From an uncultured bacterium (lineage in GTDB: Bacteria > Krumholzibacteriota > Krumholzibacteriia > LZORAL124-64-63): a stretch of 64,000 nt of DNA. Of this stretch, positions 9,153 to 24,037 are shown one piece after another. Below the pieces are notes generated by a model. It ran no database searches, was not told the DNA's origin, and was given only the letters and a program-made list of their open reading frames with translations. The DNA lies in the NCBI GenBank assembly GCA_963727525.1, contig CAVSGO010000007.1, positions 1,984,001-2,048,000 of the forward strand, read 5' to 3'. Positions within the stretch are counted from its first letter, which is position 1; each line of letters starts with the position of its first letter. Made by a program: the position numbers and the translations under genes.

Positions 9153-9181
9153 GCGGCCCCCGACTCACCGCCGGGGGCCGC
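9153..9181 (-). terminator. GC-rich hairpin, likely terminator after surA-like gene
   Basis: GCGGCCCCCG/CGGGGGCCGC 10-bp perfect stem about 24 nt after the stop; weak U tract (TGTT). Confidence 0.6.
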
Positions 9182-9204
9182 GCGTATTCGCCCGCGCTGA
9201 TCCG

Positions 9205-10533
9205 CTAGCTCTTGATGTCGACGTAGAACCTGTCCTTCAGGCTGTCCACGTACTTCGTGAGTTCCTTTTCGATCTTCTGGTTCTCGACGAAGTGGCGCAG
9301 ATCGTCCTTCAGCTCGTCGTAGGTGTACTGGTGGCCATGGGTGCGGTCGGCGACGAGGAAGAGGTACCAGCCGGCGGGCGTGAGGAGGGGTTCGGTGATC
9401 TGGCCGGCTTCGGTGTCCTTGAGGACGGACTGGAACTGCTCGCTCAGGTCGCTGAGCTGGAAGGTGCCCAGGAGGCCGCCCTTCTTGGCGGAGGTGGGGT
9501 CCTCGCTCAGTTCCTCGGCGACGAGGCTGAAGGGAGTGCCGCTCTCCACTCGCTCGCGGGCTGCGGCGATGCGCTGCTTGGCGGCGTCGACGTCGGCCTG
9601 GGTGGGCTGCAGGGGGAAAAAGACCTGACTCAGGGTGCGGCCACCGTCGGGGTCGATGGCGTCGACCTTCACGACGTGGACGCCACGGCTGGAGATGATC
9701 GGGTCGCTCACCTTGCCGATCGGCAGGGCGAAGACGCTTTGTTCCAGGCTGCGGTCGAAGAGGTCGCCCGGCTTGACAACACCGATGCGGCCTCCGCGCT
9801 GGGCGTTGGGCCCCTCACTGTACTGCATGGCAACACTGGCGAAGTCCTGGCCGCGGCGCAGGGCGTCCTGGGCCTCGGCCACCTTGCGCTGCACGGCGCG
9901 GCGGGCCTCCTCCGAGGGCTGTACGCGCACGAGGATGTCGGAGATGGTGAGGCTGTCGGGCTCGGCCGGCATCTCGGCAATGTGGTCGAGGTAATATTGC
10001 TGTACCTCGTTCTCCATCACCTCCACGTGCGGGCGGATGAACTTGCCCACCACGAGGCGCAGGTACTGCTGGTCGCGGAGCTGGTTGGCGTAGCGGGTGC
10101 GGAAGTCGTCGATGGACATGCCGGCGCGGTTCATCTCGCGCACGAGGGCGTCGCGAGATCCGTATTGCTTCTCCAGGTCGTCGATGCGCGCCTTCACCTG
10201 CTTGTCGATGTCTTCCTCCTCGACACGCAAGTCGGCCTGCTTGGCGGCGGCGATGATCAGCTTGCTCTCGATGAGCGAGTCGAGGACCTGCTTGCGTAGC
10301 TCGGGTGTGACTGGCTCCGGCTGCTGGCCCTGGTACTGGCGGTCGAGCTGGGAGAGTTCGACGGCCCTCTCGAGATCGCTGGCGAGGATGGCCTCCTCGT
10401 CGACGATGGCCACGATGCGATCCACCAGGATCGGTTCGTCGGCTGCGCGCGCCAAAGCGGGCACGAAAGCCGGCAGCCCGGCCGTCACGAGGACGAGCCA
10501 AGCTGCCAGCAACAAGATGCGGATGCGGGGCAT
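9205..10533 (-). CDS. surA: SurA-like periplasmic chaperone / parvulin PPIase
   Basis: Signal peptide, VDRIVAIVDEEAILASDL SurA N-domain, two parvulin domains (FASVAMQYSEGP..GGRIG; FSLVAEELSEDP..GGLLG). Confidence 0.85.
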   Translation of the reverse strand: MPRIRILLLAAWLVLVTAGLPAFVPALARAADEPILVDRIVAIVDEEAILASDLERAVELSQLDRQYQGQQPEPVTPELRKQVLDSLIESKLIIAAAKQADLRVEEEDIDKQVKARIDDLEKQYGSRDALVREMNRAGMSIDDFRTRYANQLRDQQYLRLVVGKFIRPHVEVMENEVQQYYLDHIAEMPAEPDSLTISDILVRVQPSEEARRAVQRKVAEAQDALRRGQDFASVAMQYSEGPNAQRGGRIGVVKPGDLFDRSLEQSVFALPIGKVSDPIISSRGVHVVKVDAIDPDGGRTLSQVFFPLQPTQADVDAAKQRIAAARERVESGTPFSLVAEELSEDPTSAKKGGLLGTFQLSDLSEQFQSVLKDTEAGQITEPLLTPAGWYLFLVADRTHGHQYTYDELKDDLRHFVENQKIEKELTKYVDSLKDRFYVDIKS

Positions 10534-10547
10534 CAACTCTCCCTACG

Positions 10548-12377
10548 TCAGCTGGCCTGCGCGGGCTGCGGGTTCGCCGCAGCGAGCGTCTGGTACGACG
10601 GCAATTCGGCGAGCGCCTTCTCGTCGACGGTCACGGGGAACTCCTGCCGCCACTTGGCCAGACTCTCCACCAGCGACTGATCCTGACGTTCGGCCTGGAT
10701 ACGCTTGACGACGAGATCCTTGCGATCCTCGAGCTTGGGTTGGAAGGCGTCTTCGACCTTCTCGCAGATCCCGACGGCCCAGCCGCCGTCGATCTCGGTG
10801 GGCTGGCTCAACTCGTTCAGGGGCAGCGTGAAGAGGAACTTGGCGCCCACGTGGTCATCGTCCTCGTGGATCGCGTGCAGACGGCCGAACTCATCGAGAA
10901 GCTTGGCGTCGTTGCCGAAGAGCTTGTTGACGTCGCGCCAGCTCTGTCCGTCGAGCACTGCCTGCCGCGCCTTGGCCGCCGCGGCCTCGTCGGCGCAGCG
11001 CACCATGCGACCGAAACGGGTCTCGGTGACGAAATAGTCTTCCTTGTGCTCGTCCCAGAAGCTCTGGATCTGTTCCGGGGACACGTACTGCTCGAACGGT
11101 ACCTGCTCGTTGTGGACCTTCTCCACGAACATCTGCTCGATCCGCTCCGTTGCCCGAGCGACGGTGCGCGGATCGTCGAGGTAGCCGCTCGTGACCGCCA
11201 CGTCGTGCAAGATGGCCTTGTCGGCGTCGATTTGCAGCTTGCGCTCCATGTTGCCGATCAGCTCGCCTCGCTTGGGCCGGTCGAAGACGTTCATCTGGTC
11301 GAACATGTCCTTGTAGTCGCCCACGGTCACGAGCACGGGCCCTGTGGAGAGCTTGTAGCTGACGAGGGGTAAGTCGAAGTCCTTGGGATCGACATTCAAC
11401 GGCTTGAGGTCGTCGTGTTTGGTCGGCTTCTTCGTATCGGGATCGATGATGTCTTCCTTCAGGGGTAGCCCTGCGAAGCATACGGCCAGCGCGTCGGGAT
11501 CGATCACGAGATCGTGAGCCTGCCGCAACTCCGCGCGCTTCGCTTCCTGGGCCAGGGTGCGGTTGCGGCTGCCGAGCTGCTGGGCGACCCGATCGTGGAT
11601 CGAGGCCAGGTCGGGCTTGGCGTCGGCCATGATGCTGTCCACACGCACCACCCAGTATCCGTACTGCGACGGGATGGGATGCGTGACGCCGCCCACGTCC
11701 TCGCCGAAGACCGCAGCCTCGAAATCGGGCGAGTACTGGCCCCAGGCCACCGTGAGATTGGTGGGTCGCGTGGCGTCGGCGTCCTTGGCGTGGTAGCGGG
11801 CCTTGATGGTGTCCCAGGGCACGCCGGCAAGTGCATCGGCGCGGGCCTTCTCGGCATCGGCCTCGTAGTCGGCGATGATGAAATCGATGTTGCGCTTCTC
11901 GCCGAGGCGCGAGAAGTAATGCTGGACATCGGCCTCGGGCGCAATGGCGGGAACATCCTTGAGCTGGTCTTCCCAGTACACGTTCTGCGCCTGGTAGTCC
12001 TTGAGGGTCGCGAAATTGCTCGCCACCTGCGGATCGTTCATGTAGCCCAGCTGATAACCCTTGAGGACCATCAACTCCTTGTTCACGAGGACGTCGAGGA
12101 ACGCTTTCTTGCCCGCGAGGGTGGACGTGTCCACCGGCTGCCCCGCGTCGTCGCGCGGAAGCTGGTCCAGCTGCAGCTTGGCGAGCTTCTCCTTGTAGTA
12201 CCCGGCAGTGACATCCCGGTCGCCGACCGTGGCGATCACCGTATCGTCGGTGAGTGGCTTCTTGGCACAGCCGGCCACCAGCAGGGGCAGCACGACGAGG
12301 GTCGCGACGATGAGGGCGGCAGTACCAGACGCGATGCCGCCATGGGACTCGCGAATTCGTGGGGAGCTGAAATGCAT
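10548..12377 (-). CDS. PrsA/PpiD-like foldase lipoprotein with degenerate parvulin domains
   Basis: Lipobox LVAGC; VIATVGDRDVT; FEAAVF..VGGVTHPIPSQYGYWVVRV; second parvulin-like repeat; mfd-foldase-surA synteny. Confidence 0.75.
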   Translation of the reverse strand: MHFSSPRIRESHGGIASGTAALIVATLVVLPLLVAGCAKKPLTDDTVIATVGDRDVTAGYYKEKLAKLQLDQLPRDDAGQPVDTSTLAGKKAFLDVLVNKELMVLKGYQLGYMNDPQVASNFATLKDYQAQNVYWEDQLKDVPAIAPEADVQHYFSRLGEKRNIDFIIADYEADAEKARADALAGVPWDTIKARYHAKDADATRPTNLTVAWGQYSPDFEAAVFGEDVGGVTHPIPSQYGYWVVRVDSIMADAKPDLASIHDRVAQQLGSRNRTLAQEAKRAELRQAHDLVIDPDALAVCFAGLPLKEDIIDPDTKKPTKHDDLKPLNVDPKDFDLPLVSYKLSTGPVLVTVGDYKDMFDQMNVFDRPKRGELIGNMERKLQIDADKAILHDVAVTSGYLDDPRTVARATERIEQMFVEKVHNEQVPFEQYVSPEQIQSFWDEHKEDYFVTETRFGRMVRCADEAAAAKARQAVLDGQSWRDVNKLFGNDAKLLDEFGRLHAIHEDDDHVGAKFLFTLPLNELSQPTEIDGGWAVGICEKVEDAFQPKLEDRKDLVVKRIQAERQDQSLVESLAKWRQEFPVTVDEKALAELPSYQTLAAANPQPAQAS

Positions 12378-12386
12378 GACGTCTCC

Positions 12387-15905
<3,519 letters not shown>

Positions 15906-15949
15906 CGTTCCGGACTGTTGAGCGTCGACGACCTCATGGTCGCGAATAC

Positions 15950-17668
15950 CTAGTCTCCGATGACGCCGTGGTCGTCGGCTCGCAGGACGATCAGGTCCCA
16001 CGCCGTGCCCGTGTTCGACTGGGCACCGACCGCCGTGATACCGCCCTGGCCGTCGCCGACGACACCCCAGCCCATGGCCTGCCGGCCCATCGCGCGGGTC
16101 ACGCGCCAGCGCCACCGGCCGCCATCGGTCAGCTCTCCCACGGTGAAGCGCGTGGAACCGTCATCCTCGCGCCAGTAGCCGGTGACGCCCCAGCGTCCCC
16201 CCACCGAGGGCGCGATGGCGGAGGCCTGGGTCCAGTCGCCGATCGTGGTCAACCAGCGCAGATAGCCGGCCGCCGCGTCGAAGGTGGCGACGAAACCCCG
16301 GCGCCTGGCCAAATCGCTGGTGAAGGACTGGCCCGCCAGGGCCACGCGGCCGTCCCGCAATGCACCGCCGCGCAGGAAGTACGCGTCGGACGTGCCCAGG
16401 CGCGTGTTCCAGACCTCGCTGCCGTCGCTCGCGAGCCCCCGTAGCCACACACCGGCGGGAGAGCCGCCGGAGTTCGTGATGTCGCCGACCACGACGAACA
16501 TGCCGGACGCGAGTTCCCAGACCTGACGCACGGTGCGGTCGGCCTCGAGGGCGAAGGCGATGCGATCCTGCTCGGTGCCGCCGGCGTCGAGACGAATCAC
16601 GGCGCCGTCGCCGGCGGTGGTGCGGCCGGCGGTGAGCCAGCCGCCGGCACCATCGCCGCTCAGGGCGCCCAGGGTCACGTCGGTGAGCGCCGTCTGCCAC
16701 TGCACGCTGCCGTCGGCGAGGGCGAAGCGGACCACCGTGCCGTCGCCGGCGGCGACCACGAGTCCCGCATCGTCGGCTACCGACGCCACCGGCGGCTGCG
16801 CGGCCGCAAGGATCGACTGCTGCCACGACAGGCCGGCCGTCGGTGTCAGACCCAGGAGTTGCGGCGCCACGTCGGGCACGTCGCTGAACCGCGGCACGGC
16901 CTGGCTCAGCACCACCAGACCGTCGGCATCCGCAAGCACCACCGGGAGCGCGCCGAGCTGGTTGCCCGTCACCGCAACGGTGGTGACGAAGCGGGGCAGA
17001 TTCACGTAGCGATGCGGCACGCTCCACTGCGAGGTCTCGCTGAGCGTGTTGGCGCGCGCACGTACGTAGTAGACGCCGGTGGCGGGCAGGGTGGTGGTGA
17101 CGGTGGTGTCCTGGGTGGTACCGGTGAGCACGATGTCGGTGAACAGACTGTCCCGGGCCACGGCATAGGCGTAGTCGAGCGCGAGGGGGAACACCAACCA
17201 CTGCGCGCGCAGCAACGACGTGCCGCCGCTGTCGTCGGCATCCACGCTCGTGATCTGCGGGATCGTCTGCAGGGAGGGGTCGACGGTGATCGAGATCGGA
17301 TCGGCGCTGGCGCTCACCCCGGCGTCGTCGCGCACGTCGGCCGTCACCTCCACGGGCTGGCCGCTGGCCCAGCGCCCCACGGCCGCGGTGGCTTCCCACG
17401 GCGCCGCGGTCACGGTGGCCACCAGCTCGCCACCGATAGAGAAGCGGACGCGGCTCACACCGCTGTCATCGCGCGCATCGGCGCCCAGGACGACGGTGCT
17501 GTCGGTGATCGCGGCGCCATCGGCCGGCAGCACGATCGCAATGGTCGGTGGTGCGTTGTTCGAGTCGCTGCTGCAGCCGGCGATGGTCCCGAGCGCGACG
17601 AGGCCAACACCGACCAAGCAGGCGCCGATCGTGCGGGCGCCGATCATCCAATGTGCCGATCGCATCAT
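15950..17668 (-). CDS. Lipoprotein with bacterial Ig-like domain, FN3-like segment and C-terminal beta-propeller
   Basis: Lipobox IAGC; PPTIAIVLPADGA...DARDDSGVSRVRF Ig pattern; repeated 'G...W' blades; GAGG RBS. Confidence 0.7.
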   Translation of the reverse strand: MMRSAHWMIGARTIGACLVGVGLVALGTIAGCSSDSNNAPPTIAIVLPADGAAITDSTVVLGADARDDSGVSRVRFSIGGELVATVTAAPWEATAAVGRWASGQPVEVTADVRDDAGVSASADPISITVDPSLQTIPQITSVDADDSGGTSLLRAQWLVFPLALDYAYAVARDSLFTDIVLTGTTQDTTVTTTLPATGVYYVRARANTLSETSQWSVPHRYVNLPRFVTTVAVTGNQLGALPVVLADADGLVVLSQAVPRFSDVPDVAPQLLGLTPTAGLSWQQSILAAAQPPVASVADDAGLVVAAGDGTVVRFALADGSVQWQTALTDVTLGALSGDGAGGWLTAGRTTAGDGAVIRLDAGGTEQDRIAFALEADRTVRQVWELASGMFVVVGDITNSGGSPAGVWLRGLASDGSEVWNTRLGTSDAYFLRGGALRDGRVALAGQSFTSDLARRRGFVATFDAAAGYLRWLTTIGDWTQASAIAPSVGGRWGVTGYWREDDGSTRFTVGELTDGGRWRWRVTRAMGRQAMGWGVVGDGQGGITAVGAQSNTGTAWDLIVLRADDHGVIGD

Positions 17669-17699
17669 GGTCGTCCTCGCAGCCTGGGCCACCGGCCCG

Positions 17700-18926
17700 T
17701 CAGAAGGTGGATCGCTCGCGATTGAACGGCGTGATCTCGCGTAAGCGGGCGACGATGCGCGGCATCACCGCGACCACGTAGTCGATCTCCGCCGCCGTCG
17801 TGTAGCGCGACAGCGAGAAGCGGATGGACCCGTGGGCCGTGATGAACGGCACGCCCATCGCCTTGAGCACGTGCGACGGTTCCAGCGAGCCGCTCGTACA
17901 CGCCGAGCCCGACGACGCGGCGATGCCGGCCCGGTCGAGCAGCAGCAGGATGCCCTCGCCCTCGATGTAGTCGAAGGAGAGGTTCGCGGTGTTCGGCAGG
18001 CGCGGCGCGGCACCGTTGCGTCGGCTGTCGGGGATGGCCTCCAGCAGCATGGCTTCGAGTCGGTCGCGCAGGGCGGCCTCGCGCGCGTTCTCCTCCTCGC
18101 GGTGAACCGCCGCCAGCTCGCAGGCCGCGCCCAGGGCCACGCAGGAGGCCACGTTCTCGGTGCCCGCGCGCCGCCCGCGCTCCTGGTGGCCGCCCACGAT
18201 GAGCGGCCGCAGCCGGGTGCCCTTGCGCACGTAGAGCGCGCCCACACCCTTGGGGGCGTGCAGCTTGTGGCCGCTGAGCGAGAGCATGTCGACGCTGGTG
18301 AGCGTCTGCATGTCGAGTGGCAGCTTGCCCGCCGCCTGCACCGCATCGACGTGGAAGACTGCGCCCGCCTCCTCGACGATGGCGCCGACCGCCGCGGAGT
18401 CGAAGATCACGCCGGTCTCGTTGTTGGCCATCATGATGGAGACCACGGCCGTGTCGGGGCGCACCTTCGCGCGCAGCTCGTCGAGATCGAGGCGCCCGTC
18501 GCCGTCGACGCGGATGAAGTCCACCTCGTAGCCCCGGCGCTTCTCGAGATCCCGGCACAGCCCCAGCACCGCGGGGTGCTCCACGGCCGAGGTCACCACG
18601 TGCCGCTTGTCGGGATACGCCCGCAGCGTGCCCTCGATGGCGAGATTGTCGCTCTCACTACCGCCCGCGGTGAAGATGATCTCGCTGGCCGACTTCGCGT
18701 GCACCAGCGACGCCACGCGCTCGCGGGCCTCGGCCAGGCCGCGGCCGGCCTCGGCGCCGAAGCGGTGCATGCTCGAGGGATTGCCGTAGTGCGTACTCAG
18801 GTACGGCATCATCGCCTCGATCACCTCGGGAGCCGTCCGGGTGGTGGCGTTGTTGTCGAGATACACGCCGCCGTCGGGCATCGCGGGCGCGCCGGCCAGA
18901 AGGTCGAATCCGCTGCTACCGGCCAT
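17700..18926 (-). CDS. nifS: Cysteine desulfurase NifS/IscS
   Basis: YLDNNATT, YGNPSSMH, DAVQ, SGHKLH (PLP Lys), SSGSACTS catalytic Cys; coupled to nifU. Confidence 0.95.
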   Translation of the reverse strand: MAGSSGFDLLAGAPAMPDGGVYLDNNATTRTAPEVIEAMMPYLSTHYGNPSSMHRFGAEAGRGLAEARERVASLVHAKSASEIIFTAGGSESDNLAIEGTLRAYPDKRHVVTSAVEHPAVLGLCRDLEKRRGYEVDFIRVDGDGRLDLDELRAKVRPDTAVVSIMMANNETGVIFDSAAVGAIVEEAGAVFHVDAVQAAGKLPLDMQTLTSVDMLSLSGHKLHAPKGVGALYVRKGTRLRPLIVGGHQERGRRAGTENVASCVALGAACELAAVHREEENAREAALRDRLEAMLLEAIPDSRRNGAAPRLPNTANLSFDYIEGEGILLLLDRAGIAASSGSACTSGSLEPSHVLKAMGVPFITAHGSIRFSLSRYTTAAEIDYVVAVMPRIVARLREITPFNRERSTF

Positions 18927-19816
18927 CAGGACGTCACCTCGATCACCTGCAGGTCGTCGCGCACGTGACGGCGCAGCTCGGCCTCGACATAGTCCTTCAG
19001 CGTGACCTCCGCGACGCGGCAGGCGGCGCAGTTGCCGATGAGGCGCACGAAGACCTTGCCGTCGCGATAGCGCACGAGCTGGATGTCACCGCCGTCGTTG
19101 CGCAGGGCCACGGCGATATCGTTGTGCAGCAGATCCTCGATCTTGTGCACCAGCTCGCGATCGGCGTCGGACTCGGCACCCTTCTTCTCCTCGAGCTGTA
19201 CGAGATCCTTGCGCCGCGCGGGTGCGGCACCCGCCTCGAGCTTTTCCCAGCACTCGTCGAGGATGTGCTGGATGTCGTGGTGACAGTCCATGCAGCCGCC
19301 GCCGGCCTTGGTATAGTTGGTCACATCCTCGATGGACTCCAGGCGGTTCTGCATGATGGCGTCGCGGATGGTGTCGCGCGTGACCTGGTAGCAATGGCAG
19401 ATCATCACGCCCTGGCTCAGCAGATGGCATGGCACGCCGCGGCCCTGGCGCTTGAAGTGGTCGATCATCGCGGCCTCGAGCGCCTCGCGCCCCATGACTG
19501 AGCAATGCATCTTCTCGCGCGGCAAGCCGCCGAGCTTGCGCGCAATGTCCTCGTTGGTGATCTGCGCCGCTTCATCGAGGGTCTTACCGATGAGCATCTC
19601 GGTGAGGATGCTGCTGGAAGCGATGGCACTGCCGCAGCCGAAGGTACGGAACTTGGCCTGGGCGATGCGGCCCTCGGCGTCGAGCTTGAAGGTGAGGCGC
19701 AGAGCATCGCCGCACGCCATCGAGCCCACCTCCCCCACACCGTCGGCGTCGGGCACCTCGCCCACATTGCGCGGATTGAGGAAGTGGTCCATGACCTCTT
19801 CGGAGTAATTCCACAT
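18926..19816 (-). CDS. nifU: Three-domain Fe-S scaffold NifU (IscU + BFD-like [2Fe-2S] + Nfu)
   Basis: MWNYSEEVMDHFLNPRNVG..CGD..FGCGSA..KMHCS; CHC...GGGCMDC; DGGDI...GNCAAC; GAGGAG RBS. Confidence 0.93.
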   Translation of the reverse strand: MWNYSEEVMDHFLNPRNVGEVPDADGVGEVGSMACGDALRLTFKLDAEGRIAQAKFRTFGCGSAIASSSILTEMLIGKTLDEAAQITNEDIARKLGGLPREKMHCSVMGREALEAAMIDHFKRQGRGVPCHLLSQGVMICHCYQVTRDTIRDAIMQNRLESIEDVTNYTKAGGGCMDCHHDIQHILDECWEKLEAGAAPARRKDLVQLEEKKGAESDADRELVHKIEDLLHNDIAVALRNDGGDIQLVRYRDGKVFVRLIGNCAACRVAEVTLKDYVEAELRRHVRDDLQVIEVTS

Positions 19817-19935
19817 GGTGGGATCGTCTCCTCGGTGAGCGGCCGTCGCGCCGCAGCGGCAGGGAAATTCGGTCGCGGGCGAAACTCGCAGTAAATCTAA
19901 GCCAAGATGGTACGAATTCAAGCGGATGCCCGGCT

Positions 19936-22062
19936 TCAAACGTGACGCCCCACCGCCAGTTCCGCGAGCAGGAGCACCACGGCCGCCAGGATGAGCGCCG
20001 GGGCGAGGTCGGTGCCGGCGAGCGCATGTTGCAGGCTGTCGGCACCACCGGCGTCGAGTTCCCAGGTGCGGTTCCAGCCTGCGTCGCGCAGACGCCGGCG
20101 CAGATCGTCCGGCGAGATCGTGTGCGGATCCGACTCGCCCGCCGGCACGGCCATGGCCACGAGACCGAGCGTATCGGCCCCGGCGCGGAACGTGACGATT
20201 CCGGCCCGGGTCGGCGCCTCCGCGCTCACCAGCGGCACCGGCCCCTGCCAGACGAGCTGGGCCGGTCGGGGTTTGCCGCCGGGTTCGGTCACCGTGAGAT
20301 CGGCTGCATCGCCGCCGCGGTCGTGCTGCAGGCGCGAGGGCGCCACGCGCAGGCGCGGGGCGTCGCCCACGGCGAGCGCGCCGCTGCCGCCGCCGGCTGC
20401 CTGCCAGGCCAGGGTCGCGGCCAGGCGCTGCACGAGGGGCAGAAACACGGGATTGAGTTGCAGATCGGTGGCCTCGGCGCGCAGGTCGAAAGGCAGGAGC
20501 GCGAAACGACCGCTGCCCACCTCGCCGACGATCAGCAGCGGCGAGCCGCCGGCGCTGGTGAGGAGAACCCGCGCACCGCCCTCGCCGAGGGCGAAGTACC
20601 GTTGCCACGAGGCCCTGGCCAGCGTCGTGAGCGCCGTGGCGCCGAGATCCGCGAGGATGGGATCGCCCGCATCGACGACGGTGGCGTGCTCGGTCGCATC
20701 ATCGCCGTGCGCCACGAAGCGCGCATCCGCCGGCAGGCCGAGCACCGGCAGGAGGCTCTCCTGCAGCGCGCCGAGCTGGGTGGGATCGCCGGCCACCGCG
20801 AGCACGGCGCCACCGCCCGTGAGCCACGACCGTACGGCGTCCTGCAGATGCCGGCCGAGGGTGCCCGCATCGACGAGCGCGAGCAGCTCGGCTCCGGCGA
20901 GGTCCCCATCGGTGAGCTGCGAGGCGGTGATCGCGCGCACGCGGAAGAGGCCGGACGCGTCGGCCGACGTCGGATCTCCGCCGGGGGCGAGCGCGCCTTG
21001 CAGATATCGCCAGCCTCCGCGCCCGATCTCGTCGCGGTCGTCCCCGTGCACGAGGACCACGTCGAGCTGGGCCGGCACGTCGAGTACGAAAGGGCGCACG
21101 TCATCGGCAGGGAACCGATCGCTCTCCTTGCCCACGGCACCCGCGTACGCCCCCGGCACCGGCACGGCCACCGAGAACGTGAGCGCGACGGTGCCGCCGC
21201 CGGCCGGCGGGGCCGGCGCCGTGGTCTCGCCCACGCGGCGGCCGCCGAGTTCCAGCCAGAACGGTTGTCCGGCGCGTTCGGGACGGACCACCGCCGTGAG
21301 CGTGGCCGTCTCGCCCGGCCGCAGGGCCCGCCCCGGGAGCTGCACCGCCACCACGCCGCCGCCCGGCACACCCTTGCCCACGGCGTGCACCAGCAGGCGG
21401 GCGTCGCCCACACGGGCCAGCTCGCCCACCGCCTCGTCGAGATCCGGCCAGGCCGCGGTCTGCAGGTCGCTCAGCAGCACGACCTCCACCGGTGTCGTCG
21501 GCGCGATGGCCACCTGCTGCGCCGCCGTGCGCAGGCCGGCGGCGAGGTCGCAGGGGCCGTCGGTGGCCTGGGCGCCCTGGAGCGCCCGACGCGCGCCCGC
21601 GCCCGCGGGCAACCAGGCGGCGAAGAGAGGCCGGGCCGCGGCCCCCACCGTGATCACCTGCACCGAAGCCGCGGGTGGCAGGGCGCCGATCATGGCGTCG
21701 GCAAGGTCGCGCGCCTCGGCGAAGCGCGTGCCGCCGTCGTCGGTCTGGGTCTGCATACTGGCACTCGCGTCCAGCAGGAAGAGCACCGCGCGTCCATCGC
21801 CCTCGCCGGTGCCGAGGCCGCCCCAGTGCGGCCGGGCCATGGCCAGCGCCACGCACAGCAGGGCGAGCACGCGCAGCAGGAGCAACAACCAGCGCCGCAG
21901 GCCGCGCCGCCGCGACTGCTGCGTTTCCTCGGCCTGGAGAAAGCGCAGGTCGCTGAAGGCCACGCGCCGCGCGCGCCGTCGGTTGAGCAGATGGATGATC
22001 ACCGGTACCGCGGCCGCGAAGGCTCCGAAGAGCAGCGCCGGGTTGCCGAAGACGAGGGGCAT
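19936..22062 (-). CDS. BatA N-terminal / vWA domain membrane protein
   Basis: FGNPALL...PVIIHLLNRRR..V.FS.L.FL BatA motif; LLDASASM MIDAS; LLSDLQ; C-terminal TM. Confidence 0.88.
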   Translation of the reverse strand: MPLVFGNPALLFGAFAAAVPVIIHLLNRRRARRVAFSDLRFLQAEETQQSRRRGLRRWLLLLLRVLALLCVALAMARPHWGGLGTGEGDGRAVLFLLDASASMQTQTDDGGTRFAEARDLADAMIGALPPAASVQVITVGAAARPLFAAWLPAGAGARRALQGAQATDGPCDLAAGLRTAAQQVAIAPTTPVEVVLLSDLQTAAWPDLDEAVGELARVGDARLLVHAVGKGVPGGGVVAVQLPGRALRPGETATLTAVVRPERAGQPFWLELGGRRVGETTAPAPPAGGGTVALTFSVAVPVPGAYAGAVGKESDRFPADDVRPFVLDVPAQLDVVLVHGDDRDEIGRGGWRYLQGALAPGGDPTSADASGLFRVRAITASQLTDGDLAGAELLALVDAGTLGRHLQDAVRSWLTGGGAVLAVAGDPTQLGALQESLLPVLGLPADARFVAHGDDATEHATVVDAGDPILADLGATALTTLARASWQRYFALGEGGARVLLTSAGGSPLLIVGEVGSGRFALLPFDLRAEATDLQLNPVFLPLVQRLAATLAWQAAGGGSGALAVGDAPRLRVAPSRLQHDRGGDAADLTVTEPGGKPRPAQLVWQGPVPLVSAEAPTRAGIVTFRAGADTLGLVAMAVPAGESDPHTISPDDLRRRLRDAGWNRTWELDAGGADSLQHALAGTDLAPALILAAVVLLLAELAVGRHV

Positions 22063-22963
22063 CAGTGGAGCCTTCCGCGCTTCATCAGGTAGGCGCCGAG
22101 CGCCTGGGCCACGGGCTGGTCGGTGGTCAGCTCCACGAGATCGACGAGATGGCGGCGGCACTCGCGGCGCAGGCGCGTGCGCCATGCTTCGAGGCGTTCC
22201 CGGTAGCCCTGGCGCACGTGGGCCGGCTCGGTACGCACGGAGTGACCTGGCGCCTCGAGGTCGGTGAACTCGATGTCACCGGCGTAGTCGAGGTCGACCT
22301 CGCGCGGGTCGAGCACGTGGAGCACGAGCACCTCGTGGCCCCGGTGCCGGAAGTGCTTGAGGCCCGAGAGGACGGTGTCGGCGTCGTCGAGCAGGTCGCT
22401 CACCAGCACCACCAGGCCGCGGCGCGGGATGCGTTCGGCCACCTCGTGCAGCACGGGTCCGAGCTGCGTGCCCTTGCCCTCGGGCATGTCGCGCAGCACG
22501 CGCAGCACCTGGAAGAGCTGGCGTCGCAGGGAGCGAGCGGGCACGCGGGCGAGCGGCGCGTCGTCGAAGACCACGAGACCGACGGCGTCGTTCTGATGGA
22601 GCAGCAGGTACGCAAGCGACGCCGCGAGCACGCGGCCGTAGGCGAGCTTGGACGGCAGGCGTTTTTCGTCGCTCGTGAAGCGCATGCTGGCCGAGCAATC
22701 CATCAGCAGGGTGCAGCGCAGATTGGTCTCCTCGGCGTAGACCTTCTGGTAGTGGCGGTCGGTCTTGGCGTACACGCGCCAGTCGATGTGCGTGGTGGGC
22801 TCGCCCGGCTGGTACTGGCGGTACTCCGCGAACTCGGCGGAGAAGCCATGATACGGACTCTTGTGCAGCCCCGTGAGGAAACCCTCCACGAGGAGACGCG
22901 CCAGCAGGTCGAGGCGGTCGAGCTGGCTGGCGAGTTCCGGGGTCAGAAGCAGCGGGCCATCGC

Positions 22964-22967
<4 letters not shown>
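22062..22967 (-). CDS. DUF58 (vWA-like) protein
   Basis: GLHKSPYHGFSAEFAEYRQYQPGE..IDWRVYAKTD; DCSASM; VSDLLD. Confidence 0.92.
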
Positions 22968-23947
<980 letters not shown>

Positions 23948-24037
23948 CGCTGTCTCCCCTGAAAAAGCCGGCCCCTGGTGGGTCGGCTGCCGCGCGGGCG
24001 CGCGCCACGTGCACGCGTCTCGCTGCAAGTGCCAGTC

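Noticed and set aside
17700-19816. Nitrogen fixation cluster
   Set aside because: No nifHDK or other nif genes in the window; NifSU alone does not imply diazotrophy
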